A stretch of 63,024 bases of DNA, the filler included. It is 11 parts of 11 records of this genome, joined end to end, with 100 filler letters (N's around TTAATTAATTAA, not from the genome) between each part and the next. Parts side by side here need not be neighbours in the genome. Positions count along the whole stretch, not along the records: positions 8,306 to 16,705 come from SRR7504441_8135; positions 16,806 to 20,882 come from SRR7504441_8145; positions 20,983 to 24,098 come from SRR7504441_8152; 8 more parts are not named here. One strand, given 5' to 3'. Below, piece after piece: positions 9,409 to 21,622 of this stretch (the first letter of the stretch is position 1; each line of letters begins with the position of its first letter). Under the pieces are notes generated by a model, which was given only the letters and a program-made list of their open reading frames with translations, was not told where the DNA came from and did no database searches. The position numbers and the translations under genes are program-made.

Positions 9409-11523
9409 CTAATATCCTAGAGCCGATGTGGCGAACTCCATGGCCACACCTACAGACTCTTGCAGGTTCAAAACAGCATGGCCCCTACCGCAAACCGGTC
9501 ACATCCTGCACAGCACTAGGGCAGGCACCAGTCCCGGGGAACATAGATTATATCGGAGGCATGCTGCACGCATCTCAGCTGGTTCCTCGGCTCCTCGTTC
9601 TGCAGCCACTCTGTGATGGGCTTCCGTGAATAAGTCGCATTACTCGGGTCGGCAAGATACCACCTGCAGCACTTTAGGCGCGCAGACCGGGCTGCTTACC
9701 GCTTGGCGCCATAAGCCAGCACGTTATACGCATCATTGTGATAGTGCGGCGGGGCCCCCGAGGACTTGCTGCCGATGTAGAACTGGGGCGCTAGAGGCGA
9801 AAAGTCTGCCGACAGCTCCAGCTGGGGCTGGCCTGGAGGCTGCACCGGGTACGGCCTTGAGGAAGCTTGGGGTCGAGTCCATTGTCCGCCCGATCATTTC
9901 ATTGGCCCAGTAAGCATCGCCTGGCCAAACTTCGCTGACCGGCCGCGGGCAAGCCACCGAATATGTAGCGAGGCGCCCCACACTCTTCGATGGTGCCATC
10001 ACAACTTTCGAGCACCTCAGAGACCCTTTGCTGTTGAGCCGCCATCGAGAACGTCGTCGGGTAGGGGATGGTTCCCGTGACTGCGCGCGGTTAGCCCGGT
10101 CAAGCAAGTGCGCACCGCTAGTGTGTTGACCGAACTGGGAGATTATGTTACTCCGGGTCCAGTTGACCAGCCTGGGCCACTGGGCAGCCCCGCCCCGCAT
10201 CATCACAGGCAGGCCCGGCTTCAGAAACTCTTCAAAGAACCGTTCTGGCGAAACCTGACCTGAACCCGGCTGGTCTGCGGCCGGCCGGCAGCTGCCACCT
10301 TCGACTTGGGCGATGTCACAGCGCTCCGGCGGCTCTGGCGGCTCTGGCCCGACCTCCCAGCCACCGGAGCCCATAGCGTCACTCGATTGGCCAATCGGTG
10401 CCCCTCCAGCCCACTGCCACACCCGAGCCGAGCGGTCCGGGCCGACCGATAACGTCTTTTCGAGCGACGTGCTGCCATAACGCAGCGCGGCCCAATCGGC
10501 AGCTGTCATGTTCTGCGAGAAGTCAAGCGTACCGAGCGCTGGGCGGCTCACCAAGTTGTCGCGCACGCTAGGCTCCACCCCGGCTTGGATCAGCGTCTCA
10601 ACCGCCTGGACGTTCCCGGCAATCACTGCGGCATGCAGCGCGGTCCGGCCCTGTTCATCTTGGATCTGGAGAGGGCAGCCGGCCTTGACCAGCCTGTTTA
10701 GAATTAGCGTGGCCCAGCTGTCGGTCACGTGCTTGATTGTGTTCTGCCTGAACTCCTGCCCAGCGCACTCACCGCCGGGCCGGCTGGGCTCGCCACCTCG
10801 CTGCCGTTGCCGAATAGCCCGCGGATCTGCTCTGCCGCGGCCAACCCATCGGGTGCTATCTTAGCCACCCTGTTACACCAATCCATCGCCAGCCTCTCCC
10901 TTCCAAGCAGCCGTCGAGCGAGCATGGTGGCGTCTTCTCGGTTGGTGCACGCCAGGTGGAGCGTGGGCGTGCCCTCGGCCCCGGCTTGGCAGCCCTTGTC
11001 AAGGGAGAGCAGCTTATCCACCAGCGGCAGCTCCTTATGCAACGCGGCCAGCCCGAGTGGGGACTGGCCCCCCCATGTTGCTGGCCCCGGTCGGCACGCC
11101 CGCCCCGAGGCTGCCGTTGACGGCCCGCAGCGCGTCCAGGAATTCGAACAAGTCGCGGTCCGGCGCAAAGTGCCGAGTAAGCTGGGCAATCCGGTGCCGC
11201 AGGTTGAGCCGGCTGTTGGCCGCAACCACCCCGACCGGCCAGTCGCCCACCCGGTGGTCGGGATCCAGCCGGAGCAGCCCGGACTTGAGCAGCGCGGTGG
11301 CCCGGGAGAGCCGCCCTTCTGAGACCGCCCGGTCGAACAACAGGCTGGACGATTTGCGGTCAAACTCGGGGGTAGGTCCGATCTGCGGCGCCGATGACGG
11401 GAAGAGCCAGGCCAGCGCTAAGCCGGCCAGCAGGCCCACCAGGCCCACACAGACCACGGTCCTGACCGAGAGACTCTCGCTCTGGCCGGCGGTGGACCGC
11501 GCTCGCTTCGCGCGCCTCGGCAT
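9409..11523 (-). CDS. Second type-II-membrane ankyrin + JmjC (JMJD8-like, HxH) protein, multi-exon
   Basis: Basic N-terminus plus TM (VVCVGLVGLLAGLALAWLF), ankyrin motif GRTALHAAV, spliced JmjC core FYIGSKSSGAPPHYHNDAYNVLAYGAKRW...IIYVPRDWGHAVLN. One apparent frameshift in a C7 run at 11068-11074. Confidence 0.75.
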
Positions 11524-11902
11524 GTGAATCCGACCGACGAACCTCTCAAGACAATGATGTCATCAAGATCAGATCACTCTCTGCCTGGAGCTGTCTTTCA
11601 AGCACGGGTGGGAGCTGGTCGGTGCGCTGGAGAAGGTCGGTGGTGAGCGGGGCCCGCAGCGACTGTGGCAGCAGCGGCTGCGGTTTGGAATCGGCCCGAG
11701 CGCCTCGCCTGGCTTTGGCAGCGGCAGCTCGCCCACAACCCCACTCAAGCGCCGGGCCCGCGGGCGGCAGCAGAGCACCCCGCCGCCGGCCGACGAATGG
11801 GTCTGCCCCTTCTTCTGCGGCCAGCTGCACTGCCCACACGGCACCAGGAAGACAGCGACCCGTGGGGAATTCGCCCGGCCCGGGGACACGCTCGGGCTAG
11901 AG

Positions 11903-12842
11903 ATGTGCGAACACCCCGAGTGGGGTTCCCCGGCAGAGCCCGAGCCGGAGCCCGAGCCCGAGCCACCGGCAGCCCGACCGAGGCGCCGGCCCCGACCGGG
12001 GCCGTTTGACGCAGATCGGTCGATCGCCTGGCTGCGGGGTAAAGGCCAGCTGTCGCCGGGTCGAGACCTGTCTGACTACGTACTGCCGGGCGTCCGGGTG
12101 CCCGGCACTGACCTGGAGTGGATCAGCCCGGAGCAACTGGCCGGCTGGGTGATGGAGCACGCCGACTGCCACATAAAGAACGGCGAGCTGACCTTTAACG
12201 AGCTCCGGACTTTCCTTCCGGAACACCTGTTTACTTCATGGCTCACCAGTCGGTGGAAGCAGTGAGTTGGGCCTAATCAGGCATCCCAGTCTTAGACCCC
12301 TTTGTAGGTACGACGTCAATGGCGACGGTGCATTCACACAGCACGAGCTGGTGCATGCGTGTCACGACTTCCTAGCCTCGTGGCGAGCCCAGCAGGGGCC
12401 TTCGACGACGACAATGACAGCGCAGGAGCGGGCGCAAAGGGACAGGTGGAGCCTGGGGATTGAAAAGCTCGCACGTCAAAAGCTCCAGAGCCCAACAGAG
12501 CTCACTGCCACGGTCCTGCCTCAACTGCTAGCCGACTCGATGTATGAGGTGAGCTCCGTACTCCCATGCTGCTTGGTCAGATGATTGCACAGGACTTTGG
12601 CTGGTGGATGTATCACCAGGCGGAACTCTTCTCAGGTCTTCCTCAAGCTTGAATTACGCCCCGTTCACTCTTGCGTGCCAGGGAGCCTCAGCTGTGATGA
12701 CTTGAGTGCGGCGCTCGAAGAGTTCCTCCAGCTTGGGAGCATTTCTCCGGCTCGGGAAGGAAGTCCCAGAAGTCCGAGCAGTTTTAATGTTAAGGGCTCT
12801 CCGATCGGTCGTCGATACTTGAGTGAACATGAGGTGCGATAG
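11903..12842 (+). CDS. EF-hand domain protein with EP-rich N-terminus
   Basis: EPEPEPEPEP tract. EF-hand-like DCHIKNGELTFNELRTFL and, after an intron, YDVNGDGAFTQHEL. Confidence 0.6.
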
Positions 12843-13048
12843 CCAGATCTTGCAAACGATATGCGCGATCGTCGTGTTAGTTATTGAAAACACGTATAAA
12901 ATACATCTTACGCACATGTATGTACATGTACTTGTAAGCCATAATGTGGCCATAACATTTGACATTGTGTACTCGTAGCTAATCAAGCAATTAGCTGGAA
13001 CTCTACGGCGTTAAAGGGATCACGGCAGTCTTTAGGCACCCCATCTCT

Positions 13049-14660
13049 TCAGATGGTGCATTCAAACACGTAAGCCCCCGGGTTGACTGTAAATCCCGGG
13101 TCATCCGGCTTTGTCAACGGGGCGATTGCGAGTGCAGTTGCTGTTTGGTGCCATGCGACCTCCTGTTGGCTCCCCAAGAGCCGTACTGCACTCAGCTTGA
13201 CAGCTGTGCTGTTGAGACTCTTCACCTCAAAGCCATGGTCGCTCCAAGCCATCGCTGTGACGAACACAGCCGCCTTGTCCTTGGAAGCAGTGAACCGGAA
13301 GTCTCGCGCGGTGAAGATCGGCCATTCGTGATGCAGATCGCTCGGAACAACGGAGGTTGGTCCCTCGCAGCAGCTGCGGAAAGGCACGGTAGAGTATACA
13401 GCCCTCCCATTAGTATGCAGCCAGAGTCCAATGTCGGTGAGAGTTGCCTCCACGACTGGGTCAATGCTGCCGTCTGCATGCGGTGGGATGTCCAACAGTA
13501 GATTCCCGTTCTTGGCAACAATGTCGACCAGCTCGCCCACAAGCTCAGTCGAATTCTTGAGTTCGGGTGGATCCACCCAGCTCCATGAGCTCCTGCATCG
13601 GCCGCTAAGGCACCACCAGGCCACAGCCTGACCTGCCCATGGCGTCGTCGGTTTGCCAGGTTGGGAAGAGCGCCTGCTGAGCTCCGTGCCTTTCCAAATC
13701 CAGCACGCCAGCTCCGACGGCGTAGTCGCTGTTTTTGTATGTGGAGATGCCGTCGCTCACGGTGTTGTAGTAGTGTGCGAGGTACCTGGTGCGATGTGCA
13801 TTATCTATTGTCGCGGCGAGCTTTGAGTCGAAATACAGCACATCGGGGGCATACAGGTCCACCACCTCATTCACCTTGGCAGTAAAGTAATCTTGGAACA
13901 ACTGCCAGCTCGCCCAGTCAGCCAGGGGAGCTCAAAGAGTTGCCTGCGTGGTGCACTGGCCGTCATCAACACCTTCAAAGCAGGAGAAGTTGGCCGCAGA
14001 TTCCACCGGCGGCCCGTACAGCCCGCCCTGCCCCGGCCGAAGCTGGTACTGCGCGACGCTGCAGTCGGTCGACTTGTTGTACGTAGGATACCAGGCCCAG
14101 AGCCACTGGTGGTGCAGCGTTGTAATCACTTTGAGCCCCTCCGCTCGGATCGCCGCCACCAGCTCGCCAGTGACGTCCCGCCCCGGGCCCATGGTCACCG
14201 CTGAGAACTGGGAGAGAGAGGTGTTGTACATGGCGAACCCGTCGGCGTGCTCTGCGACGGGTCCGGCGTAACGGGCCCCGGCCTTCTTGTAAATTTGGGC
14301 CCAGCGGGTGGCGTTGAACTTGGGCGTCCGCCACGCCCTGGCCAGGTCTTTGTAGCCCACCGTCGGGCCGTACTTGCGCTGGTGGTAGGCGTACGCAGGG
14401 TTGGTGGGCTGGTACATATTGCGGGAGTACCACTCGTTGCCGTAGGCCGGGAGGCTGTACGGGCCCCAGTGGGCGTAGATCCCAAACTTGGCGTCCTTAA
14501 ACCAGTCGGGCACTTGCTTGGTGCTCAGGCTGGCCCAAGTGGGCTCAAACTCACCAGCCCCGACCCGCTCGGCCACAAGTCCGAGCGTGGCGCACACGGC
14601 CACAAGTCCGGCAACAATTGTCCGCATTCTCGGCGGGGCGCTTCCATTGTTGTTGCGCAT
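13049..14660 (-). CDS. Alpha-L-fucosidase, glycoside hydrolase family 29 (secreted)
   Basis: Signal peptide, FEPTWASL...[57 protein letters not shown]...[13 protein letters not shown]. Two short introns. Confidence 0.92.
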
Positions 14661-14794
14661 GCTGCTAGCGGCCCGGGCTCGGAGGCTGCGGACAGCGAGC
14701 GGTGCCCCAATGGGAGTTTTAACGGCAGCTTCCTCGGGCAACGCCTGGCCGGCGGTGGCCGGCGCCTCGTCGTCGGTGGCACGGTCCAGCAGCG

Positions 14795-16134
14795 ATGGAG
14801 GGCTCGAAGGAGAAAAAGTCCAAGAAGAAGGAGAAGAAGTCCAAGAAGAAGGAAAAGAAAAAGGAGAAGAAGCGCAAGCGGGAGTCGCCGTCGCCCAGCT
14901 GGTCGCCGGCCCCTGCCGAGCCGCTAGACCCGTTCGAGGCCGCAGCGCGCGGGGCGCTCCCGCTGCTCCAGTCGCTGCTGGCCTCGGGGGAGGTCGGGCT
15001 GCTGGCTGCGCGGGACGCACAGGGGCAGACACTGCTGCACCGGGCGGCCAGCGGGGGCCAGCTGGAGGTGGCGGTGTGGCTGCTGCGAGCTGGGGCCGAG
15101 GCCAGCCCTCGGACGGTTTTTGGGGACACGCCGCTGCACCTGGCGGCGGAGGGCTGGCACATGGACTTGTGCATGGTGCTGCTCCGGGCTGGCGCCGATC
15201 AGAATGCGCCCAACGCGGTCGGGATCACAGCGCGCCAGCTGCTGCACGGTGACGAGGAGGAGCACCAGGAGCACCAATTCTCGGGCGAGGCGAGCGAGGA
15301 CGAGCAGGCCAAGTGGGCTGACAAGCTTCAAGGCGAAGCAGACTGGGACAACGGAGGGCCGTCTGCTGCGTGGCATGACCTCGAGGTGGCGCATGATAGA
15401 GCGGCCGCAGCGGCGTATGCCGCGGCGGTGGACGCGCAGCTGCGGCGACAGCAGGTAGCGGCATGGCTCGATGGGACAGTGAGTCAGGTCAGTGGCAGAG
15501 GGATCAGGAGCAGGCGCAGCAGAGGAAGAAGGAACAGGAAAGGCAGAGCAGCTCGACAGCAGCTGCTGAGGTGCGTGGCGGGCAACCCAGGGCCAACGGC
15601 TGCGCAGGAGCTGCTTAGAGAGGCCCGGGCTCGGGACGAGGCTTGGCGCAAGAGTGTTGAAGAGCGCGTGAATGCCCGCAAGGGGCTGAATGACTGGGCG
15701 GAGGTGTGGCAAAGGCTGGCTGGTACGCTGACCAACTGCAGTACGAGGTGAGGTGGGCCCAGCTGCTGCGAAACCAGAATAAACTCGAAAATGTGGAGAA
15801 GGTGGCTCCTTGCTGGGAGTCGCCACAGGGAGTGCAGGCGGTGCCGTGGCCAGCTGCACGAGATTCGGCAGAGCTCACGAGATTCCTATTCGGATCACTC
15901 GACTTGCGAGGCAAGAGCGTGGAGCAGTCAGCGGCGGCCAAGAAGGCCAGGGTACGGAGCGAGCAGCTTCGTTGGCACCCGGATAAGGTGTGCGCCGGTG
16001 CGGTTGGTCGGATTGGCTTGCAGATGGCGCAACGGTTGGCGAGCAGAATAGATTCAAAGGCGGAGCGAGCCAAGCTCAGCGAGCGGGCAAACCAGGTGAC
16101 CCAGCTACTTAACCAAATCAGAGCTTCGTTATGA
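14795..16134 (+). CDS. Ankyrin-repeat NFKBIL1-like protein
   Basis: Lys-rich N-terminus, ankyrin repeats ([18 protein letters not shown]), C-terminal VPWP and [12 protein letters not shown] motifs typical of NFKBIL1. Confidence 0.7.
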
Positions 16135-16974
16135 AATAAGAGTGCGGTGTCTTATGAAACAATCGGTCAGATCGTACGTACCAGTAATGAGAGTGCGAAA
16201 AGTAAGCATGGTGAATCGGGTACGTGCGCGTAAGATACATTCGTTTCCGCTGTGAAATCATTGTGCACAAGCCAGGGTATGGGCTCTAGTACACCAGTCC
16301 AGTAGCGGTATTGCGACAATGTAGCGACAATGGCATTCGGCGTCCATGCATCCACGTGAAAATAAACCAGTTTATCTTACGTACTCGTACACTATCTCAA
16401 AATCCCAACGCCTCCCGATGCTCGCACCAGTGGCGCGATGACACTACCGCAGGAGTCTCGGCCAGCCGACTCTGATCCTCCAGGGTAGCGATCGTCATGC
16501 CGGGCGGAGAGCCTGCCGATCCAAACACACAGCGGCTGGTCAGCAATCTGCGGCCTTGGGAAGCTAGCTAGCGGCGGGAGGGCCAGCCGCCACCGACCCG
16601 GCGCAATCACACTCAGGGCAGGCATGCCCAGCAGGGGCAGCTGAGGCGGCGGGAGGCGTTTGCCCCTGCTGGGCAACGCCTCCCCCCCCCCCCCCCCCCC
16701 CCCCCNNNNNNNNNNNNNNNNNNNNNNNNNNNNNNNNNNNNNNNNNNNNTTAATTAATTAANNNNNNNNNNNNNNNNNNNNNNNNNNNNNNNNNNNNNNN
16801 NNNNNCTAGGACCCCCAAATTTGGGGCTATCCCCCCTGACTAATTCTACGGTGAATAACCGGGAATTTGCCTGGTTTGAACCCCTAAGCTTGCTGCCTTA
16901 GGCACTTGTCAACAATTGTAAGCTCGCACATCCCAGTAACAAATCGCCAGATCGTGTGTAGGGTCTGGCGAGTC

Positions 16975-18036
16975 TCAGCCCGTCATGTACGGCCGGTCCT
17001 GCCTGCAGTTGTGCAGGCTGTGCTCCAGCGCCCGCTCCGTCTTGTCAGCGATCGTGGCCACTGCGGACTTGGGGTCCAGGTCCGATGACCGGACCAGCCG
17101 GCTGATCCGCTTGCTGTCCTCCTCGATGGCCTTTAGCATCGGCTCGTGCATCCGGTTAAACCACTTGGTACTTAGCCAGAGCAAAAACAGCACGGCCGAC
17201 GGGTACAGCGTCAACTCAACCCAGCTCAGCTGAGCCCTGTGCTCCGGCCCGGCTTGGACCCAATCCACCGCAAACCAAAAGAGCCACACCGGGAACAGCA
17301 ACAACCGGCACACCGCGAACGAAAGCCAGAGCATCAGCAGGTTTGCAGAAAGCAGCGCGGGCAGGTTCTCGTTGATCCACTCGGAAATCCAGTTCTGCTC
17401 GCGGCGTGAGAGAAGCAGCACGTTCAGGAAGAGCGTGGAGGTCTCGCTCAGCCCTGCCCCCGGCTCGCCCGGCCTGGCCTGGCCCGTCACCTCCGAGGCA
17501 CGCCCAGAAGCTCATCCGGCGGAGGACCAGGCTGAGTGCGCAGCAGACCATCACCACCAGGTGATGGCGTTCAATCAGGGCATCGTCTATCCAGAGCGTC
17601 GTAAAGTACCGCTTGGGCTTCTCCCCCTTCTTCCCCCTGCAGGTCTTGGCTTTGTATTTCTCCAGCGCGGCCCCCATCAGCTGGCAGCTGATATAGAGTC
17701 TCAGGAAGGTCTCGCTAGCCGGGGTGCTGCCGAACCAACGGGAGTCGGCCGAAGAGTACATTGCGAGCGCCCCGCTGGTGGCCGCGGCGAGCATAGTCCA
17801 GTTGAGCGGGAACCTGCACCCGCCACGTCAACAAGCATCACAGCCATGCTAGCGAACCAGAGCAGCAAGTGAGCAGTGTTGATCCGGCTCGGCCCAGATC
17901 TGGTGCCCGGCGAGCGCAGCCAGAAGAGCCAGACTCCGAGCAGCAATAGCAGAGTGCATTGCGCGATTGCCACGGCCTCGCCCAGCAGGATCGAAGCCAT
18001 GCTTTGCTGCACCTCGCCGTCGTGATCCCCCTCCAT
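16975..18036 (-). CDS. TLC (TRAM/LAG1/CLN8) domain membrane protein
   Basis: Multiple hydrophobic helices, HHLVV, and LSETSTLFLNV...FAVCRL motifs. Assembled from three ORFs via short introns. Confidence 0.75.
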
Positions 18037-18231
18037 GACAGCCTTGCTACTGGCCAGCCAGGATCATGAAGGTCTGTCCGTTGGACTGCCGCTCGCGCTC
18101 GACACGCCGGGCGATGCAGGCGGTGCGTAGCAGCGCTGCGGGCGGGCCGAGCGGCGGGGCAGACGGACGATGACCTCGGTGTGGCGCTGGGCGAGCTGCC
18201 CAACTTCCGGCCGCGCTCGGAACAGTTCAAG

Positions 18232-20108
18232 ATGGTGCGTGGCTGGCGGCGGCGGCGGCGGCGGGCGAGCGCGGGGCGGTGCAGGAGGAATTTGAGGAGG
18301 GGTTCCCCTCAGAGCAGAGCGAGCGGGCCTACGCCATGCCGGAGACCATCCAGAACTTCCTGAAGTTCTTCTACGACAAGGTTCGTGCCTCGCACCGCCC
18401 CTGAGCCTGCTGCTTCACGGCGGGGTGCTGTCCAGTCTGGGTGCTCAAACTACTAGCGTCGAGGATAAAGCGCGCGCGCCCAGCGGGCTGAGTGTGGATT
18501 GTGTGTGCAGGTGCACTCGCGCAGCCTGTACGACATCCAAGACATCTATGAGACCACCTGGCATAAACTGGCCGACCGGTGCCGCCCCGGCTGTCCGGCG
18601 GTCCGACCCCGGCTTAGGTTCTATAAGACCGAGCCGTGGCCGCCAGCGCAAGCGATCGAGTCGCTCTGTGACGGCGACGAGGTCTTTCTGATGCTGTACA
18701 GTGAGCTGTACTACCGGTGGGCGCGCGTGTCGTCCAGCGTGGGTGAGGCTGGCCTGCAGGCACATTTACGCCAAGCTGAAGCCCAGCCTGGAGGACAGAG
18801 TGGCCTCGTACGAGAATTACGTCCAGCTGTTCGACCTAGTGCTCGACCGGAATATCAAGTACCCGCCGGCACTAGCTCCGCGTGACTGGGCGGCAGGCTG
18901 GAGGATCGGATCACGCTGCCGTCGTCCTGGCTGTGCGACATGATCGACGAGTTCATCTACCAGTTCCAGTCGTTCTCGCACTTCCGGCTCAAGCTGAAGA
19001 ACAAGGAGGAGGAGGAGATTTCGATGCTAAAGGACTGTGAACAAGGCCAGATCTGGGATTGTGCGGCCGTGCTCCAGACACTGCACGCTCTTGTCCGGAA
19101 GTCAAACGTGATCGACTATCTGAATCAGCAGGAAGAGAAGAACGGCTCGCTCCAGCAGGTGGACCTGGACTTGTTCAAGCTGCTCGGGTACTTTTCTGTG
19201 ATCGGCCTGCTCCGTATGCATTGCCTCACCGCCGACTTCCGACGGGCTCTCCAGCAGCTAGACACTATCAACATCGCGCGGCGTGGGCTTTTAAAGGTCG
19301 GACGGCCGGACGCCCCCGGGCCTGAGGCTTTCTGTGACAGGGCGGGATGCCGTGTCACATCACGACCTACTACTACATGGGATTCGCGTACATGCTGCAT
19401 CGGCGGTACGTTGATGCGATCAAAGCGCTCTCAAACATCCTTCTCTATATTAACCGGACCAAGCAGTACCACACCCGCTCCTCCAGCTACGACGTGATTA
19501 TTAAAAAGAACGAGCAGATGTTTGCGCTGCTGGCGCTGCTGGTCTCTCTATGCCCGTACAGGCTCGAGGAGAACCTGCAGGGACTCTTGATGGAGAAATA
19601 TGCGGAGAAAATTGCACGGATGCAGCGCGGCGACAAGGCCACGTTCGAGGAGCTGTTCACCTTTGCGTGCCCGAAGTTTGTGGACCCGTCTGCTCCGACT
19701 TATGAGCTAGAGAATCTCAATCAGCAGGCCACAAAACACCAGTGCATGCTGTTCATGAATCAAGTGTCCCAGTCAATCCAACACCCGACTATCAGGTCTT
19801 TCCTCAAGCTCTACACGACCATCCCGACCAACAAGCTCGCCATGTTCCTTGGATGGTCCGAGGAGGAATTCAACCGCAACATCAGCTCTCTCAAGCAAAA
19901 GTCTCGCGAGCTTGTATGGAACGGGGGATCAGCCACCTCAGGGGCCTGGGCCAGCGCTTCAGATGTGGATTTCTACATTGACAACGACATGTGCCACATC
20001 AATGACCCAAAGGTTGTGCGTCATTTTGATGAGTTTTTTATTAAGCACATCAACAAGTTTGATGAGATTATCCGTGACTTGAACGAAAGCCGGGATATCG
20101 CACACTAG
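18232..20108 (+). CDS. EIF3L: Eukaryotic translation initiation factor 3 subunit L
   Basis: Spliced product contains LYSELYYRHIYA, WLCDMIDEFIYQFQSF, LGYFSVIGLLRMHCL, FTFACPKF, TIRSFLKLYTT and DFYIDNDMCHI. Six introns; the first exon is the ATG alone (18232-18234). Confidence 0.95.
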
Positions 20109-20426
20109 TAGATGTGTAGCTAACTGCTTTGTTGTGTCTACCTATATTCTCAAATTGTTTCAGTAAATTTGAATCAAATAGGAGTATGATGTGAACTTTA
20201 ATGCACAATAGGTGTGTAATGCAATCTTGCCTTGAGTTAGTTAGCCTTGTCTGCCTTGAGCATGTAAGGCTCTATAGTAAGGCTCTAGATTCAGTAGCTC
20301 TTACTCATTAGAAGGTCTGCGCAGTTGGTTTTACGCAAATATGCGTGTGGAGGAACTCGTATGGGCATAGACGAGAATGGTATCATTGTCTAATGTCCAA
20401 AGTTGCAGATATTCTCAATACCTCGG

Positions 20427-20882
20427 CTATCCCGCTACGTGAGTGAAGGAATCATTTGCAACTCCCACAAGATCTGGGTTGTTACTGAAATCAAAATTGG
20501 CGTGCTGGATCTCCTCTGGTGACATGCCTGCGTTTCTGAGGGATTGGTTCATCTGGCGGTAAGTTTCCATCCGGTGCTTCCGCTGTTGCATGACGGACTT
20601 ACGGAAGTCCTCAGGCACATTCTGAAGGCACCGGATCACATGTTGCTGCTTCACCAAGTTCCAGCCTGTCGTCTTGACCTTGTCCTTTCTTGGATCACAT
20701 TCCTGGAGTGTGCTGGTTCTTTGTTTGAGATGCTCATGTGGTGTCTGGAAATGAGTCACCTTGAACTGCGACTTGTATGGCCCAAACAACTTGGTGTGCA
20801 GCGTATGCTTGACCTCGTGGTAGGCCTTGTCGCTTGGCCGTAGGCCACAGACGATGTGCAGAAAAGTGCAGGCCTGGGAGTA
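20427..20882 (-). CDS. Hypothetical protein, C-terminal fragment (5' truncated by contig end)
   Basis: Frame open from near the contig edge (FLHIVCGLRPSDKAYHEVKHTLHTKLFGPYKSQF...) to the stop at 20427. Confidence 0.5.
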   Translation of the reverse strand, partial: YSQACTFLHIVCGLRPSDKAYHEVKHTLHTKLFGPYKSQFKVTHFQTPHEHLKQRTSTLQECDPRKDKVKTTGWNLVKQQHVIRCLQNVPEDFRKSVMQQRKHRMETYRQMNQSLRNAGMSPEEIQHANFDFSNNPDLVGVANDSFTHVAG

Positions 20883-20982
20883 NNNNNNNNNNNNNNNNNN
20901 NNNNNNNNNNNNNNNNNNNNNNNNNNTTAATTAATTAANNNNNNNNNNNNNNNNNNNNNNNNNNNNNNNNNNNNNNNNNNNN

Positions 20983-21263
20983 GCCTCGATCCGGTCTACC
21001 GCTTCAAGTACCGCCGATGAGTCTCGGGGGCTGCGCTGCTTGTGCTGAGCCACAGGGCCCGCTGACTGTTTCACTCGGACCGGGCCGGGCCGACCGGTGC
21101 CCGAGGTCCCCGAGAACGAGTTCATCGAGACCCAGACCAAGGACTGCAACACCGTAGGCACCATGGTCTGCGACACGAACGGCGCCAACTGCAAGTGCGG
21201 CGATGACGGGGGGTGTACCGTGAACGGCAAGACGATTGCGAAGGATGCTCCATTCGGTTGCTG
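20983..21263 (+). CDS. Cys-rich C-terminal fragment of a truncated gene
   Basis: Coding-like frame ...ETQTKDCNTVGTMVCDTNGANCKCGDDGGCTVNGKTIAKDAPFGC* followed by AT-rich UTR-like sequence. Confidence 0.45.
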
Positions 21264-21622
21264 AAATCGGGAGCACTTGCGGCGCTACGGCATTGAGGTC
21301 CAAAGGAAGAGATAGAAGCGGAGATTTTACGGAGATTTATACTATGCATCGCGATTTTTTCGTAGAGCGACCACGAGTGAATGAAACATATTTATACTCG
21401 TCCGTGAAAGTAAAATCAAAACAATATCTGTACAATATCTGCATGGTACTGTATGTACCGTATAACAAAGGTGGCTGAGGTTAGCTGAGGTATCGTCAGG
21501 CGGCCTGCAGCTGTCTATTGAGAGTCCCAAGACCAAACAGGTCCTTTGTGAAAAGATTTGATACGCCATTGACTAGCCCAAATTGACTTCTAAAGTAGTC
21601 TACGAGGATACACAGTCACTAG

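Noticed and set aside
11068-11074. Apparent frameshift in the second ankyrin-JmjC gene (programmed frameshift or pseudogene)
   Set aside because: It falls in a 7-nt homopolymer and removing one base restores NMGGQSPLGLAAL; most likely an indel error. Reads are needed to confirm.
16625-16705. Perfect 15-bp inverted repeat (TGCCCAGCAGGGGCA) with an overlapping hairpin and poly-C
   Set aside because: It sits at the contig end next to a homopolymer, consistent with a fold-back or sequencing artefact; no element context.
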